Of a stretch of 54,688 nt of DNA, positions 1 through 8,212 are shown one piece after another. Source of the DNA: Myxococcota bacterium. Lineage in GTDB: Bacteria > Myxococcota > Kuafuiibacteriia > Kuafuiibacteriales > Kuafuiibacteriaceae. The stretch lies in the NCBI GenBank assembly GCA_039819565.1, contig JBCBRU010000002.1, forward strand, positions 1-54,688. Direction: 5' to 3'. How positions within the stretch are numbered: position 1 is the first letter of the stretch; each line of letters opens with the position of its first letter. The notes beneath the pieces are model-generated. The model saw only the letters and a program-made list of their open reading frames with translations. It was not told the origin of the DNA and ran no database searches. The position numbers were made by a program, and so were the translations under genes.

Positions 1-2
1 CA

Positions 3-218
3 AAATACGGGGACTTCGAGAAAAATCGGTCATTTGCGGAAGCGGTGAGGGCCGCCGGGGGGCCCCGCCCCAAGCACCTCCTGCTCTGGTGTCGGTCGCT
101 TCGGTTCCCCGAGCTCGAGGGCGCACCGCCGCCGCTCGCGTCCGATCTTCCGCGGATCTGGAGGGCTATCCTGGACCTCACGGACCTGTCGGTCGACGAC
201 ATCCAAGGCCTCACGTAG
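3..218 (+). CDS. 3' end of an unidentified gene running in from the left edge (partial)
   Basis: The frame is open from the window edge to TAG at 216-218. Translation: KYGDFEKNRSFAEAVRAAGGPRPKHLLLWCRSLRFPELEGAPPPLASDLPRIWRAILDLTDLSVDDIQGLT*. Third codon positions are mostly G/C, like neighbouring genes. No family recognised. Confidence 0.4.
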   Translation, partial: KYGDFEKNRSFAEAVRAAGGPRPKHLLLWCRSLRFPELEGAPPPLASDLPRIWRAILDLTDLSVDDIQGLT

Positions 219-227
219 AATATCGGC

Positions 228-2126
228 GTGCTCTGCCCCGCCTGTGGCGCTCCGAACGGGTCAAGTCGGAGTCGTTGCGCACGCTGCGGGGGTTCCCTTC
301 GGGCGCCCTCTTCGGCGTTGGATGCCCGCGCGCGTCGCCGGGCCCCGGCTCATCCGGATTCTGCCGCGCGCGCCCCCGAGGCGACGTCCGATCCTCCGCA
401 GAGCGGGGGTTCGAGCTCTTCTCTTCCCGCGGTGCCCTCCACGCGGCGCCGTCGTCCCGCCGCGCCGTCGTCCACCCCGAGCGAGCTGCCCCCTTTGAAA
501 GACGACCCATGGGGGGATCTTTCGGGGGCCACGCAGATCGACCCGCGCCGCCAACCCAGCGGGATCGCGGCGCCGGTGGAGCCCTCCGAAGGCACTTCCC
601 GCTTCATGGCGGAGGCTGGGGCTTCCGACCCCTCGGGTCTCGGGGCCGGAGAGGCCACCGCGGGAGACTGGGCCGATATGGTGGGGATGGCCACGCTCGA
701 GGCCACCTCCTCGAATACGCTCCCCGCCGTCGAGCTGGAGGAGTCGCTGGTCTTTCCCACCGTGGGTGCGACGGCGAGCCCCTTCGAGCCCGAGCTTCCC
801 GAGGGGCTCCGCGCCGTCGTGCCCTCCGAAGACCCCACCGACTCGGGGGCGGGCCCGAGGAACGCCGAGCTCACGCCCCAGCGCGGGAATCGTCGGGGGG
901 CGGGCACCGGGGATCCAGCTGGAGCGACCGAGCTCGTGGACGCTTCCGCTCTCGACCGCGGGCTTCGCGGTTTCGTGGGGACCCGCGAGACCTACGCGCC
1001 GAAGCCCTTCGTGTCGACCGGCCGCGCCACGCCCCACCCGTCGATCTCGGACCTGGACCTCGCGCTCGAGGACGCGCTGGATCGGTCCGGGCCCCTGCTC
1101 GAGTCTCAGCCCGTGACCTTGCGCCGGGAGGAGCAACGCTCGCCGCCGCCGGGGGAGCGCACGCTTGCGGCCCCGGGCGAGCTCGCCGGCCTCGCGGGCC
1201 ACAGCCAGCCCCGCGAGCTCTCCCATCCGACCCTGGAGCAACCGGAGTGGAACGCCCCGAGCGAGCTCGATGATCGATGGGGTGAGGACTTTTCCCCGGC
1301 TGGGGTGACGGGGACCGGCTCGATGTTGATCGATGAGGGCCCCCGGGCCGAGGTCGAGCTCGGCTCTGCGATCCACGCCATCGAGGCCAGTCCCTTCGAG
1401 CTCGAGCCTCCGGACTGGCACGACCCTCAACGCATGGAGCCGCACGTAGCGGTCGACGCCACCGACGATGCCCTGGAGGCCATGGACTCTCGCCCGGTGA
1501 GCATGCCGGGAGAGGTCGTGCCGAGCCCGCCGGGCGGTCACGGCTGGTTTCACGAGGCCCACGGGCGAGCTGAGAGCCGCTCCCGGTACGCCAGCTCCCC
1601 GGACTTCCCGGCCCCCCTCGATGGGCTCGAGACCCTCCCTCTGCCCCACGTGGAGGTCCCGGAGGGGACGGTCCGCCTGACCGTGGCCACTCTGCCTCGA
1701 CGGTTTGGCGCCCTCGTCGTGGACGCCGCCCTGGCCGCGGCTCTCCTGTGGGCGGCGAGCTCCGACGCTCTCTTCGCGGCTGTGCCTCCCGGTCGAGAGC
1801 CGGAAGCCTGGCTCCTCGAGCTCGGCACCCCGATGTTCCTGCTCCGCTTGGTGGCGGCCCTGGCCGCGCTCACCCTGGGCTTCGGGCTGCTCGAGGGCTT
1901 CACCGGCCGGACCCCCGGAAAGCTCCTCTTCGGGCTGCGGACTCGGCGCTCGAGCGGGGCACCCCTGGGGGTCCAGTTAGGGCTGACCCGAGCCGGGGTT
2001 GGCCTCCTCGGGCTCTTGTCGCTGGGGATTGGCTACGCTTGGATCCTCCTCGATCGACGCTGCCGGGGGTTGCACGGAATCTTGACGGGGACTTTGGTTA
2101 TCCAGGGGCGGATCGAAGGCACGTGA
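228..2126 (+). CDS. RDD-family membrane protein with N-terminal double-CxxC zinc ribbon and long Pro/Asp/Glu-rich linker
   Basis: GTG start. CPACGAPNGSSRSRCARCG at the N-terminus. C-terminal RDD-type module RRFGALVVDAALAAALLW...GRTPGKLLFGLRT...LLDRRCRGLHGILTGTLVI with hydrophobic helices. The overlapping track ORFs here are alternative-frame GC artefacts. Confidence 0.8.
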   Translation: MLCPACGAPNGSSRSRCARCGGSLRAPSSALDARARRRAPAHPDSAARAPEATSDPPQSGGSSSSLPAVPSTRRRRPAAPSSTPSELPPLKDDPWGDLSGATQIDPRRQPSGIAAPVEPSEGTSRFMAEAGASDPSGLGAGEATAGDWADMVGMATLEATSSNTLPAVELEESLVFPTVGATASPFEPELPEGLRAVVPSEDPTDSGAGPRNAELTPQRGNRRGAGTGDPAGATELVDASALDRGLRGFVGTRETYAPKPFVSTGRATPHPSISDLDLALEDALDRSGPLLESQPVTLRREEQRSPPPGERTLAAPGELAGLAGHSQPRELSHPTLEQPEWNAPSELDDRWGEDFSPAGVTGTGSMLIDEGPRAEVELGSAIHAIEASPFELEPPDWHDPQRMEPHVAVDATDDALEAMDSRPVSMPGEVVPSPPGGHGWFHEAHGRAESRSRYASSPDFPAPLDGLETLPLPHVEVPEGTVRLTVATLPRRFGALVVDAALAAALLWAASSDALFAAVPPGREPEAWLLELGTPMFLLRLVAALAALTLGFGLLEGFTGRTPGKLLFGLRTRRSSGAPLGVQLGLTRAGVGLLGLLSLGIGYAWILLDRRCRGLHGILTGTLVIQGRIEGT

Positions 2127-2182
2127 AGAGGCATCCCCTGGAATGGGTGCTCTTCGGCAGTCGTTCGTGAGGCGCCGCCCCC

Positions 2183-3883
2183 ATGGTCGTGCGTGACAAC
2201 GCCAAGAGAGCCGCCCTCGGCGCGGCCGTCAGTGTGATGGTCCTCGGCGGCGATGCCGCCGCTTCGGCCGACCCGATCCTTCCCCACGTCGTCGGCGACC
2301 TCCCCGACGACACCGCCATCGCTCTGCACGCGCCCCGCCTCGGAGCGCTCCTTGCGGGGGGGGCCACCCTTTTCTCTCTGTGGGCCCGGGCCGAACCCAG
2401 CGTTCGCGGTCTCGCCCCCGAGTCGCTGCTCTCTCTCCTCCTCTGGGGGAAGCCCGGCACCCGACCGGGCGCGATGGCCCACGGCCTCGACCTGAGAGCC
2501 CCGGTGGTGGTGCGGGTCCTCCCGGACTTGGAGACCGCGGTGGTCGTCCTTCCTCTCCTCGACGGAGAGCAGTTTCGGGCCTGGCTCCGCACCCTCGCCG
2601 CGCCGTCGCGGGTCGAGGTGGATTTTCTCGGCACCCCCGTCGACGTGCTCGGACCGGGCAGCGCTCGGCCTCTCGCGTGCGCGGTGCGCGGCCCTCGCGC
2701 CTTTTGTCAGGTGGGCGAAAGCGAGATTGCATCCGGCCTCGCTCCCCTCGCGGCCCATCTCGGGGCGCCCCGGGCCACGCTCGGGGCTCGGCCTGCTCTC
2801 GCCCGCAGCTGGGCTGAGGTCGCCGACGCCGCGGACTGGACCGTCCTCGCCCGGCCGCAGCTCCTCGCGCGAGGGGCCGTCCGTCAGTACGGCAAGACCC
2901 AGCTGCAAGCTCACCGCTTCGCCCCCCGGGAGCTCCTCGAGGACGTACGGGGTCGCATCGCGCACCTGGAACGTCGCTCGGTCAAGTGGGCCGAGCACAT
3001 CGAGGCGGTGGCCATCGGAGTGGCAGCGGGCGTGGGCGGGGCCCGAATCTCCGTCGTCGCCGAGCTCGACGCGGTCGGGGGGCGTCGTCTCGCCGCGGTC
3101 CTGCCGTCGGATTCCGGTCGCCGCCAGCTCCGCCGATGGGCGAGCACCCCGGCCCTGCTCAGCCTCTTCATTCACGCGCGTCCGGACCCGGTGGCGCGGC
3201 TCGGGCGCCTCCTCGGCGTGGACCTCGACTCCGCCGAGCTCGACGGCTCCCTCGCGGTGCTCGCCCTAGCCGTAGACGCCGGGGCTCCGTCCGCCCGCAC
3301 CTCGAGCCGGGAGCCGCTGCGCTTTCACGAGCTCATCGCCTCCGCGGTGGCGGTGGGGCTGTCGCGCAGCCCAACCGCGCCGAAGCTCGCCGCCCGCTCG
3401 GTGCCGAGCCGCGCTCCGATGCGCAACGGTGCCTATCGGGGCGTCACCGGCAGCGAGCGCCAGCGCGTGGAGCTGGCTCGTACCCGTGCCCCTCGGGGCG
3501 TCACCGGAAACGGTGCCCCTCGGGGCGTCACTGGAAACGGTGGTGGGCCGATGCGAGGTTCCCAGGCGGTCCTCGAGCGTCACAAGATCTTTGGTCGCGG
3601 CTCGGCCGGTCGGTACGCCGCGCTGCGGCGGTGGCGCACCGCCCAGGAGATGGCTCTGGCCCCGCCCGAGGGCTTCTTCTTTGCCACCCTCGACCTGGGG
3701 GCGGTCGACGCCTCGCTCGCGGCGGCCCGCATCACCCGCGAGCATCGTCCGGAGCTTCAGCTCGTGGAGCAGATGCGTCGCCGGGCCGCCCCGATGCTGG
3801 GGCGGCTGGGACGTATCCGGGTGGTCGGCAACGCCAATCCGTCCCGTCGGCAGGTGCGTCTTCGCGTTCGACTGGGGCGATGA
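2183..3883 (+). CDS. hypothetical exported protein (566 aa)
   Basis: ATG start and a signal-like N-terminus KRAALGAAVSVMVLGGDAAASA. Third positions are G/C-rich throughout. Contains RGVTG(N/S)G repeats. No family recognised. Confidence 0.55.
   Translation: MVVRDNAKRAALGAAVSVMVLGGDAAASADPILPHVVGDLPDDTAIALHAPRLGALLAGGATLFSLWARAEPSVRGLAPESLLSLLLWGKPGTRPGAMAHGLDLRAPVVVRVLPDLETAVVVLPLLDGEQFRAWLRTLAAPSRVEVDFLGTPVDVLGPGSARPLACAVRGPRAFCQVGESEIASGLAPLAAHLGAPRATLGARPALARSWAEVADAADWTVLARPQLLARGAVRQYGKTQLQAHRFAPRELLEDVRGRIAHLERRSVKWAEHIEAVAIGVAAGVGGARISVVAELDAVGGRRLAAVLPSDSGRRQLRRWASTPALLSLFIHARPDPVARLGRLLGVDLDSAELDGSLAVLALAVDAGAPSARTSSREPLRFHELIASAVAVGLSRSPTAPKLAARSVPSRAPMRNGAYRGVTGSERQRVELARTRAPRGVTGNGAPRGVTGNGGGPMRGSQAVLERHKIFGRGSAGRYAALRRWRTAQEMALAPPEGFFFATLDLGAVDASLAAARITREHRPELQLVEQMRRRAAPMLGRLGRIRVVGNANPSRRQVRLRVRLGR
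3429..3539 (+). repeat. in-frame 27-bp tandem duplication plus one degenerate upstream copy inside the 566-aa ORF
   Basis: GTGCCCCTCGGGGCGTCACCGGAAACG at 3486-3512 is followed directly by GTGCCCCTCGGGGCGTCACTGGAAACG at 3513-3539 (1 mismatch). A degenerate copy GTGCCTATCGGGGCGTCACCGGCAGCG lies at 3429-3455. Together they encode (A)PRGVTGNG repeats. Confidence 0.8.
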
Positions 3884-3947
3884 AGAGCAGCGTGAGCCGC
3901 GGCTTGGTGCCCGGCTCCCCCCGTGCGATGCCCTCCCAGTGGCCGAA

Positions 3948-4886
3948 GTGCCGATCACCGACCGGCAACTCCTGTTCGTGACCGGCAAGGGCGGCGTGGG
4001 CAAGACGACGATCGCCGCCGCGCTCGCTCGGGCCTCCCGCGACGCCGGCCAGCGCACCCTGGTGGCCGAGGTGACGTCCGACGTGAGCGCGCGCTCGCAT
4101 CTCCTGGGACACTTCGGGGTGGCCACCGCGGCTCGCGGAGAGGAGCCGATCAAGCTCGGGCCCAACCTCGACGGCGTGCGCATCACCCCCTCCATCGGCC
4201 ACCGCCTCTTCCTCCGGGCGGCGCTCCGGGTGGGGATGCTCGCCGATGCAGCCATGCGTTCGGCCGCCCTGAACCGCTTCCTCATGGCGGCGCCCGCCTT
4301 CCCGGAGATCGGCACCCTGTACCAGCTGGTGTGGCTCCTCCGCCGACAGGAGTACGAAAAGATCGTCATCGACCTCCCGGCCACGGGCCACGCCCTCGGG
4401 CTCGCCAAGCTGCCCCGCACCGTGAGTCGAGTGGTGCCGATGGGCCTCATCAAGGAGGCGATCACCGAAGGCCTCGCGATCATGACCGATCCCAAGCGCA
4501 CCGGGGCGGTGGTCGCGACCTTGCCCGAGTCCCTCCCGGTGACCGAAGCCTTCGAGCTCGCCCGCGGCCTGGAGGAGCTCGAGGTGCCGGTGGGGGCGCT
4601 GGTGCTCAACCGCATGCCCGCGAACCCTTTCACCGAAGAGGAGCGCAAGATGCTGGACGATCACATCCGCCAGCGACGGGGCGAGCTCCTGCTCGGCACC
4701 CGCGAGCTGCGCCGCCTCGAGCGCGCCCTCGAAGCCCGGGAGACCTTTCGTGAGGCCCCGCTCGCGAGCGCGAAGCTCGCGGAGCTCCCCGTGTACGAAG
4801 GACGCTGGAGCAAAGTCATCGAGCAGGTTGCGGGGGGGCTGGCCGAGGCGGGCGTGGCTCCCTCTCGAGAGGAGGTGTCCTCGTGA
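3948..4886 (+). CDS. ArsA/Get3-family P-loop ATPase (first of a pair)
   Basis: In-frame GTG at 3948 is the first start after the upstream stop at 3883. The upstream part of the 485-aa track ORF overlaps that gene. P-loop LLFVTGKGGVGKTT and ArsA-type motif DLPATGHALGL. The stop overlaps the next gene's start (GTGATG at 4883-4888). Confidence 0.85.
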   Translation: MPITDRQLLFVTGKGGVGKTTIAAALARASRDAGQRTLVAEVTSDVSARSHLLGHFGVATAARGEEPIKLGPNLDGVRITPSIGHRLFLRAALRVGMLADAAMRSAALNRFLMAAPAFPEIGTLYQLVWLLRRQEYEKIVIDLPATGHALGLAKLPRTVSRVVPMGLIKEAITEGLAIMTDPKRTGAVVATLPESLPVTEAFELARGLEELEVPVGALVLNRMPANPFTEEERKMLDDHIRQRRGELLLGTRELRRLERALEARETFREAPLASAKLAELPVYEGRWSKVIEQVAGGLAEAGVAPSREEVSS

Positions 4887-6016
4887 TGGATCTCGACGCG
4901 CTGGTGTCCACCAAGGCCGTGATCGTGGTGTGCGGCGCGGGCGGCGTGGGCAAGACCACGACCTCGGCGGCGCTCGGGCTCGCGGCGGCGAGGAGAGGAC
5001 GGCGGGCTCTCGTCCTGACCATCGACCCTGCAAAGCGACTTGCGCAGGCCCTCGGTATCCCGCCCACCGGAAAAGAGCCGGTGCGGATCTCGTCGGAGCT
5101 GATGCAGGCGGCCGGGGTCGACCTCCCCGAGGGCGGGGCGCTCGACGCGTGGATGCTGGATCCAAAGGTGGTGCTGGAGAGCGTCGTGGACCGTTTTGCG
5201 CCCCGGCCCGAGGACGCAGATCGCATCCGCGCCACGCGCTTGTACCAAGCCCTCGGCGAGGTCATCTCCGGGCTTCAGGAGTACACCGCGGCCGAGGCGC
5301 TGTACGACTTTCATCTGGCCGATCGCTACGACCTCATCGTGCTGGACACGCCCCCGTCGCGAAACGCGCTCGACTTTCTCGACGCCCCCCGACGCCTCGC
5401 CCGCTTCCTCGACGAGCGGACGATCTCGATCTTCGCCCCGGACCCCAACAGCCGCCCCAACGCCATGATCCGAGCCGCCTCGAAGGTCACCCACACCGCC
5501 CTCTCGCGGACTTTCGGGGCCTCCTTCGCGGATGAGCTCCAGACTTTCCTCGGGGCCTTCGCAAAGCTGTTTGGACGTATGCGAGAGCACGCCGCCGGAG
5601 TGCGGGAGCTCCTCACCTCAGATCGCTCCTCCTTCATCGTGATTACGAGCCCCGACGAGGCCGCCCTCGACGAAGCGCTCTACTTCCGAGACCGCATCTC
5701 CGAGCTGGGCCTGGTCTCCGACGGCTTCGTCCTCAATCGGAGCTACGCCTCCGACCAGCCGGTTCGAAAGCCCTCCGAGGCTTCCCGCGAGGTCGAAGGG
5801 ATGGCCCTGATATCGGCCCTGGAGAAGCTGATCCCGCTCGCAGTGGTGGAAGCAGAGCGCCTCGAGGACGACCGAGCCCTCCTCGACCGCCTGGAGCGAG
5901 AGAGTCTTCACCACAAGGGGCGGGGAGCCACGGCGCTGCCCTTCCTGGACGAGGCGGTGGAAGACCTCGCCGCCCTGGATCTCCTCAGCGCCCACGTCCT
6001 GGGTCGCGCCGCATGA
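4883..6016 (+). CDS. ArsA/Get3-family P-loop ATPase (second of a pair)
   Basis: P-loop IVVCGAGGVGKTTT and motif LDTPPSRNALDFL. SD AGGAGG at 4870-4875. The start overlaps the upstream stop, and the stop overlaps the downstream start (ATGA at 6013-6016). Confidence 0.9.
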   Translation: MMDLDALVSTKAVIVVCGAGGVGKTTTSAALGLAAARRGRRALVLTIDPAKRLAQALGIPPTGKEPVRISSELMQAAGVDLPEGGALDAWMLDPKVVLESVVDRFAPRPEDADRIRATRLYQALGEVISGLQEYTAAEALYDFHLADRYDLIVLDTPPSRNALDFLDAPRRLARFLDERTISIFAPDPNSRPNAMIRAASKVTHTALSRTFGASFADELQTFLGAFAKLFGRMREHAAGVRELLTSDRSSFIVITSPDEAALDEALYFRDRISELGLVSDGFVLNRSYASDQPVRKPSEASREVEGMALISALEKLIPLAVVEAERLEDDRALLDRLERESLHHKGRGATALPFLDEAVEDLAALDLLSAHVLGRAA

Positions 6017-6666
6017 CCTTGGTCCGCATCGGCGGTGCGCCTGCGGGCCGGTGGATCGCGTGGAGCGGGGGCAAGAATGCCGCTCACGCTTTGGAGTACG
6101 TTGGGGGCGCCGAGGGTCTCGTCACCTGGATGGACGATGCGGATCGGGTGGCCGGCAACCGCGTCTCGAGAAGCCTCCTCGAAGCTTCGGTCGCTTCGGT
6201 GGGCCTGCCGAGCGTGGTGGCGGCGAGTCCGGAGGCCGCGCTCGCCCAGGCCGCGGCTCAGGGGGCTCGCTCCGTCGTCTTCGGAGACCCGCCCGAGGGC
6301 ACCCAGGTGGACGTGCACCGCGCCTGGGCGGAGGCAGCCGGCCTCGAGGTCAAGATGCCCTTCGCCCGCCTCGATCCCGACGTCCTGGCCGAGGCCCTGG
6401 CCTTCTCCGTGCGCTCGGTCCTCACGGTGGTGGACCACACCCGCGCGCCTCGCGCCTGGATCGCGCGGACCTTCTCGGCGTCGCTCCTCGAAGAGAGACC
6501 GCCGGCGGTCCATCCCACCGGCGGGCGCGGAGAGTTCGAGACCTTCGCGTGCGCCGGCACCGTCTTCGGTCGCCCCCTGGCCCCGAAATGGGAGGACCTC
6601 GAGCATGACGAGCGGTGGGCGGTCGCTCATCTCGCTCCCGGTGCCCCCCGGGGCTACGGTGACTGA
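6013..6666 (+). CDS. DUF71/Dph6-like PP-loop superfamily protein with degenerate PP-loop
   Basis: N-terminal WSGGKNAAHAL where SGGKDS is expected. VVFGDP is present. C-terminal GGRGEFETFACAG resembles the GE(Y/F)HTF signature of MJ0570-type ATP pyrophosphatases. ATGA-coupled to the preceding ATPase gene. The competing track ORFs 6035-6697 and 6051-6608 are Arg/Pro-rich artefacts. Confidence 0.6.
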   Translation: MTLVRIGGAPAGRWIAWSGGKNAAHALEYVGGAEGLVTWMDDADRVAGNRVSRSLLEASVASVGLPSVVAASPEAALAQAAAQGARSVVFGDPPEGTQVDVHRAWAEAAGLEVKMPFARLDPDVLAEALAFSVRSVLTVVDHTRAPRAWIARTFSASLLEERPPAVHPTGGRGEFETFACAGTVFGRPLAPKWEDLEHDERWAVAHLAPGAPRGYGD

Positions 6667-6703
6667 GGTTTACTGCGCTGCAGCAAACAGGGCATGAAGA
6701 ACC

Positions 6704-7741
6704 ATGCTCTCGCAGGTGCCGACGGACATCGGGGGCCGCGCCGCGGCGGTCGTAGCCACGGGCACGTATCTGCCCCCCGAGGAGCTCCCCAACACATGGT
6801 TCCGGGAGCGCTTTCGCGAAGTGAAGGCCGACTTCGTGGACAAGATGGAGGCGGCGAGCGGCATCTTGACCCGTTTCCGGGCGCCTGAGGACTGGGCCAC
6901 TTCAGATCTGGCGGTCCCGGCCTTCCGGGCCGCGCTGGCCCGGGCGGAGCTCTCGGCCGACGACGTAGACCTGATCGTGGTGGGCACCGACAGCCCCGAC
7001 CACATCACCCCCTCCACGTCTGTTGTGGTGCAGCACAAGCTCGGGGCTCGACGCGCCGGAACCTTCGACGTGGTCTCCGCCTGCGCATCCTTTCCCACCG
7101 GACTGGCGGCGGCGGCAGGACTCATGCGGATGAATCCCGCCCTTCGAAACGTGCTCGTCGGCGGGGCCTACATGATGTCCAAGCTCTCCGATCCGGACGA
7201 CCTGATGGGCTACTTCTATGGCGACGGAGCGGGGGCGGTGCTCCTTCAGCCTTCCGAGGCCCCAGGGGTGTTCGGGGCGGCGTTTCAGGCCGACGGGGCC
7301 TTCGCTCGCCACTGGTGCGTACCGGCGGGGGGGACGGCCGAGCCGGTGACCCCCGAGGCGATCTCCGAGGGTCGCCACCAGGTGCGCATGCTCGAGCGTT
7401 TCCCGCCTGAGATCAATGACTTGGGTTGGCCCCGGCTCGTCCGCAAGCTCGCTCGCGAGCAGGGCTTCTCGCTCGACGAGGTCGACCTCTTCATCTTCAC
7501 GCAGGTGCGCTCCACCACCATCGAGAAGGTCATGGCGGCGCTCGAGCAGCCGCTCGAGAAGACCCACCTGGTCATGCAGAAGTTCGGGTACACGGGATCC
7601 GCCTGCGTGCCCATGGCGCTTCACGACGCCTCCGCACAGGGGCGTCTGTCGCCCGGTCAGCTCGTGGTGCTGGTGGGATCCGGGGTGGGGTACAACCAGG
7701 CCGCGACGGCCCTGCGCCTCACCGAGGCTTTTCTCGGCTGA
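6704..7741 (+). CDS. KASIII (FabH)-like thiolase-fold protein, non-canonical active site
   Basis: ATGTYLPPEELPN, the active-site Cys context FDVVSACASF, and GDGAGAVLL. The C-terminal part aligns by eye with E. coli FabH but reads TQVR where HQAN is expected and GYTGSA where GNTSAA is expected. Confidence 0.8.
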   Translation: MLSQVPTDIGGRAAAVVATGTYLPPEELPNTWFRERFREVKADFVDKMEAASGILTRFRAPEDWATSDLAVPAFRAALARAELSADDVDLIVVGTDSPDHITPSTSVVVQHKLGARRAGTFDVVSACASFPTGLAAAAGLMRMNPALRNVLVGGAYMMSKLSDPDDLMGYFYGDGAGAVLLQPSEAPGVFGAAFQADGAFARHWCVPAGGTAEPVTPEAISEGRHQVRMLERFPPEINDLGWPRLVRKLAREQGFSLDEVDLFIFTQVRSTTIEKVMAALEQPLEKTHLVMQKFGYTGSACVPMALHDASAQGRLSPGQLVVLVGSGVGYNQAATALRLTEAFLG

Positions 7742-7773
7742 TCGCGAGCCGCCTCGAGAGCGGCTCTCGCGGC

Positions 7774-7863
7774 CGCGATCTGTTACGGCAGAACAACTTC
7801 CGCCGCTCGCGAGACCGCTCTGGAGGACCTGCGGTCGGATCGCGATCTGTTACGGCAGAACAA
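7774..7863. repeat. two identical 23-bp direct repeats, each with a TGTT-N7-AACA dyad (possible operator sites)
   Basis: CGCGATCTGTTACGGCAGAACAA occurs at 7774-7796 and again at 7841-7863, 67 bp apart, inside a 470-bp non-coding gap. Confidence 0.5.
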
Positions 7864-8212
7864 AAATGTCATGACGGGAATGACAGGGTCCTCGACCTTG
7901 CTTATTGAGAGAGAGCGGGCGCTCCGGGGTCGGCACTTCTTAGGGAAGTGTAGGTGCATGGCGAGGCGATTACCTCCTGAGGAGGTTCCCGACCCCGGAG
8001 TGACTCGCGCCCTTATCAGCTACTCTCAGCCTCTCCTTCCCGGTCGGGCCGGTGGTCTTCATCGGTCAGTCAAAAAAACGAAAAAAGTCTCGTTCGGACG
8101 TCCCGTATCGATTCGAGGCGCGCGGGGTGCCTTCAGACGGCCCTCAGCTCGAAATTCGCACCGCTTCCACCGAACTCCTCGGACGTCGCCCCGCACGCGA
8201 CCCAGGACGCTC

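Noticed and set aside
261-1649. 462-aa minus-strand ORF and several other overlapping ORFs (89-1273, 350-907, etc.)
   Set aside because: They overlap the RDD/zinc-ribbon gene, which is the only frame with domain signatures and a coherent N- to C-terminal architecture. The alternatives are Arg/Gly/Pro-rich.
7774-7863. SOS (LexA) boxes
   Set aside because: CTGT-N9-ACA does not fit the CTGT-N8-ACAG spacing. I do not recognise it as the myxobacterial LexA motif, and no SOS gene is adjacent.
7871-8212. N-terminal extension of the receiver-like ORF (the 243-aa version)
   Set aside because: The region has low GC and lacks the third-position G/C bias. The translation is Arg/Pro/Ser-rich and includes the A-tract. 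I treated it as non-coding.
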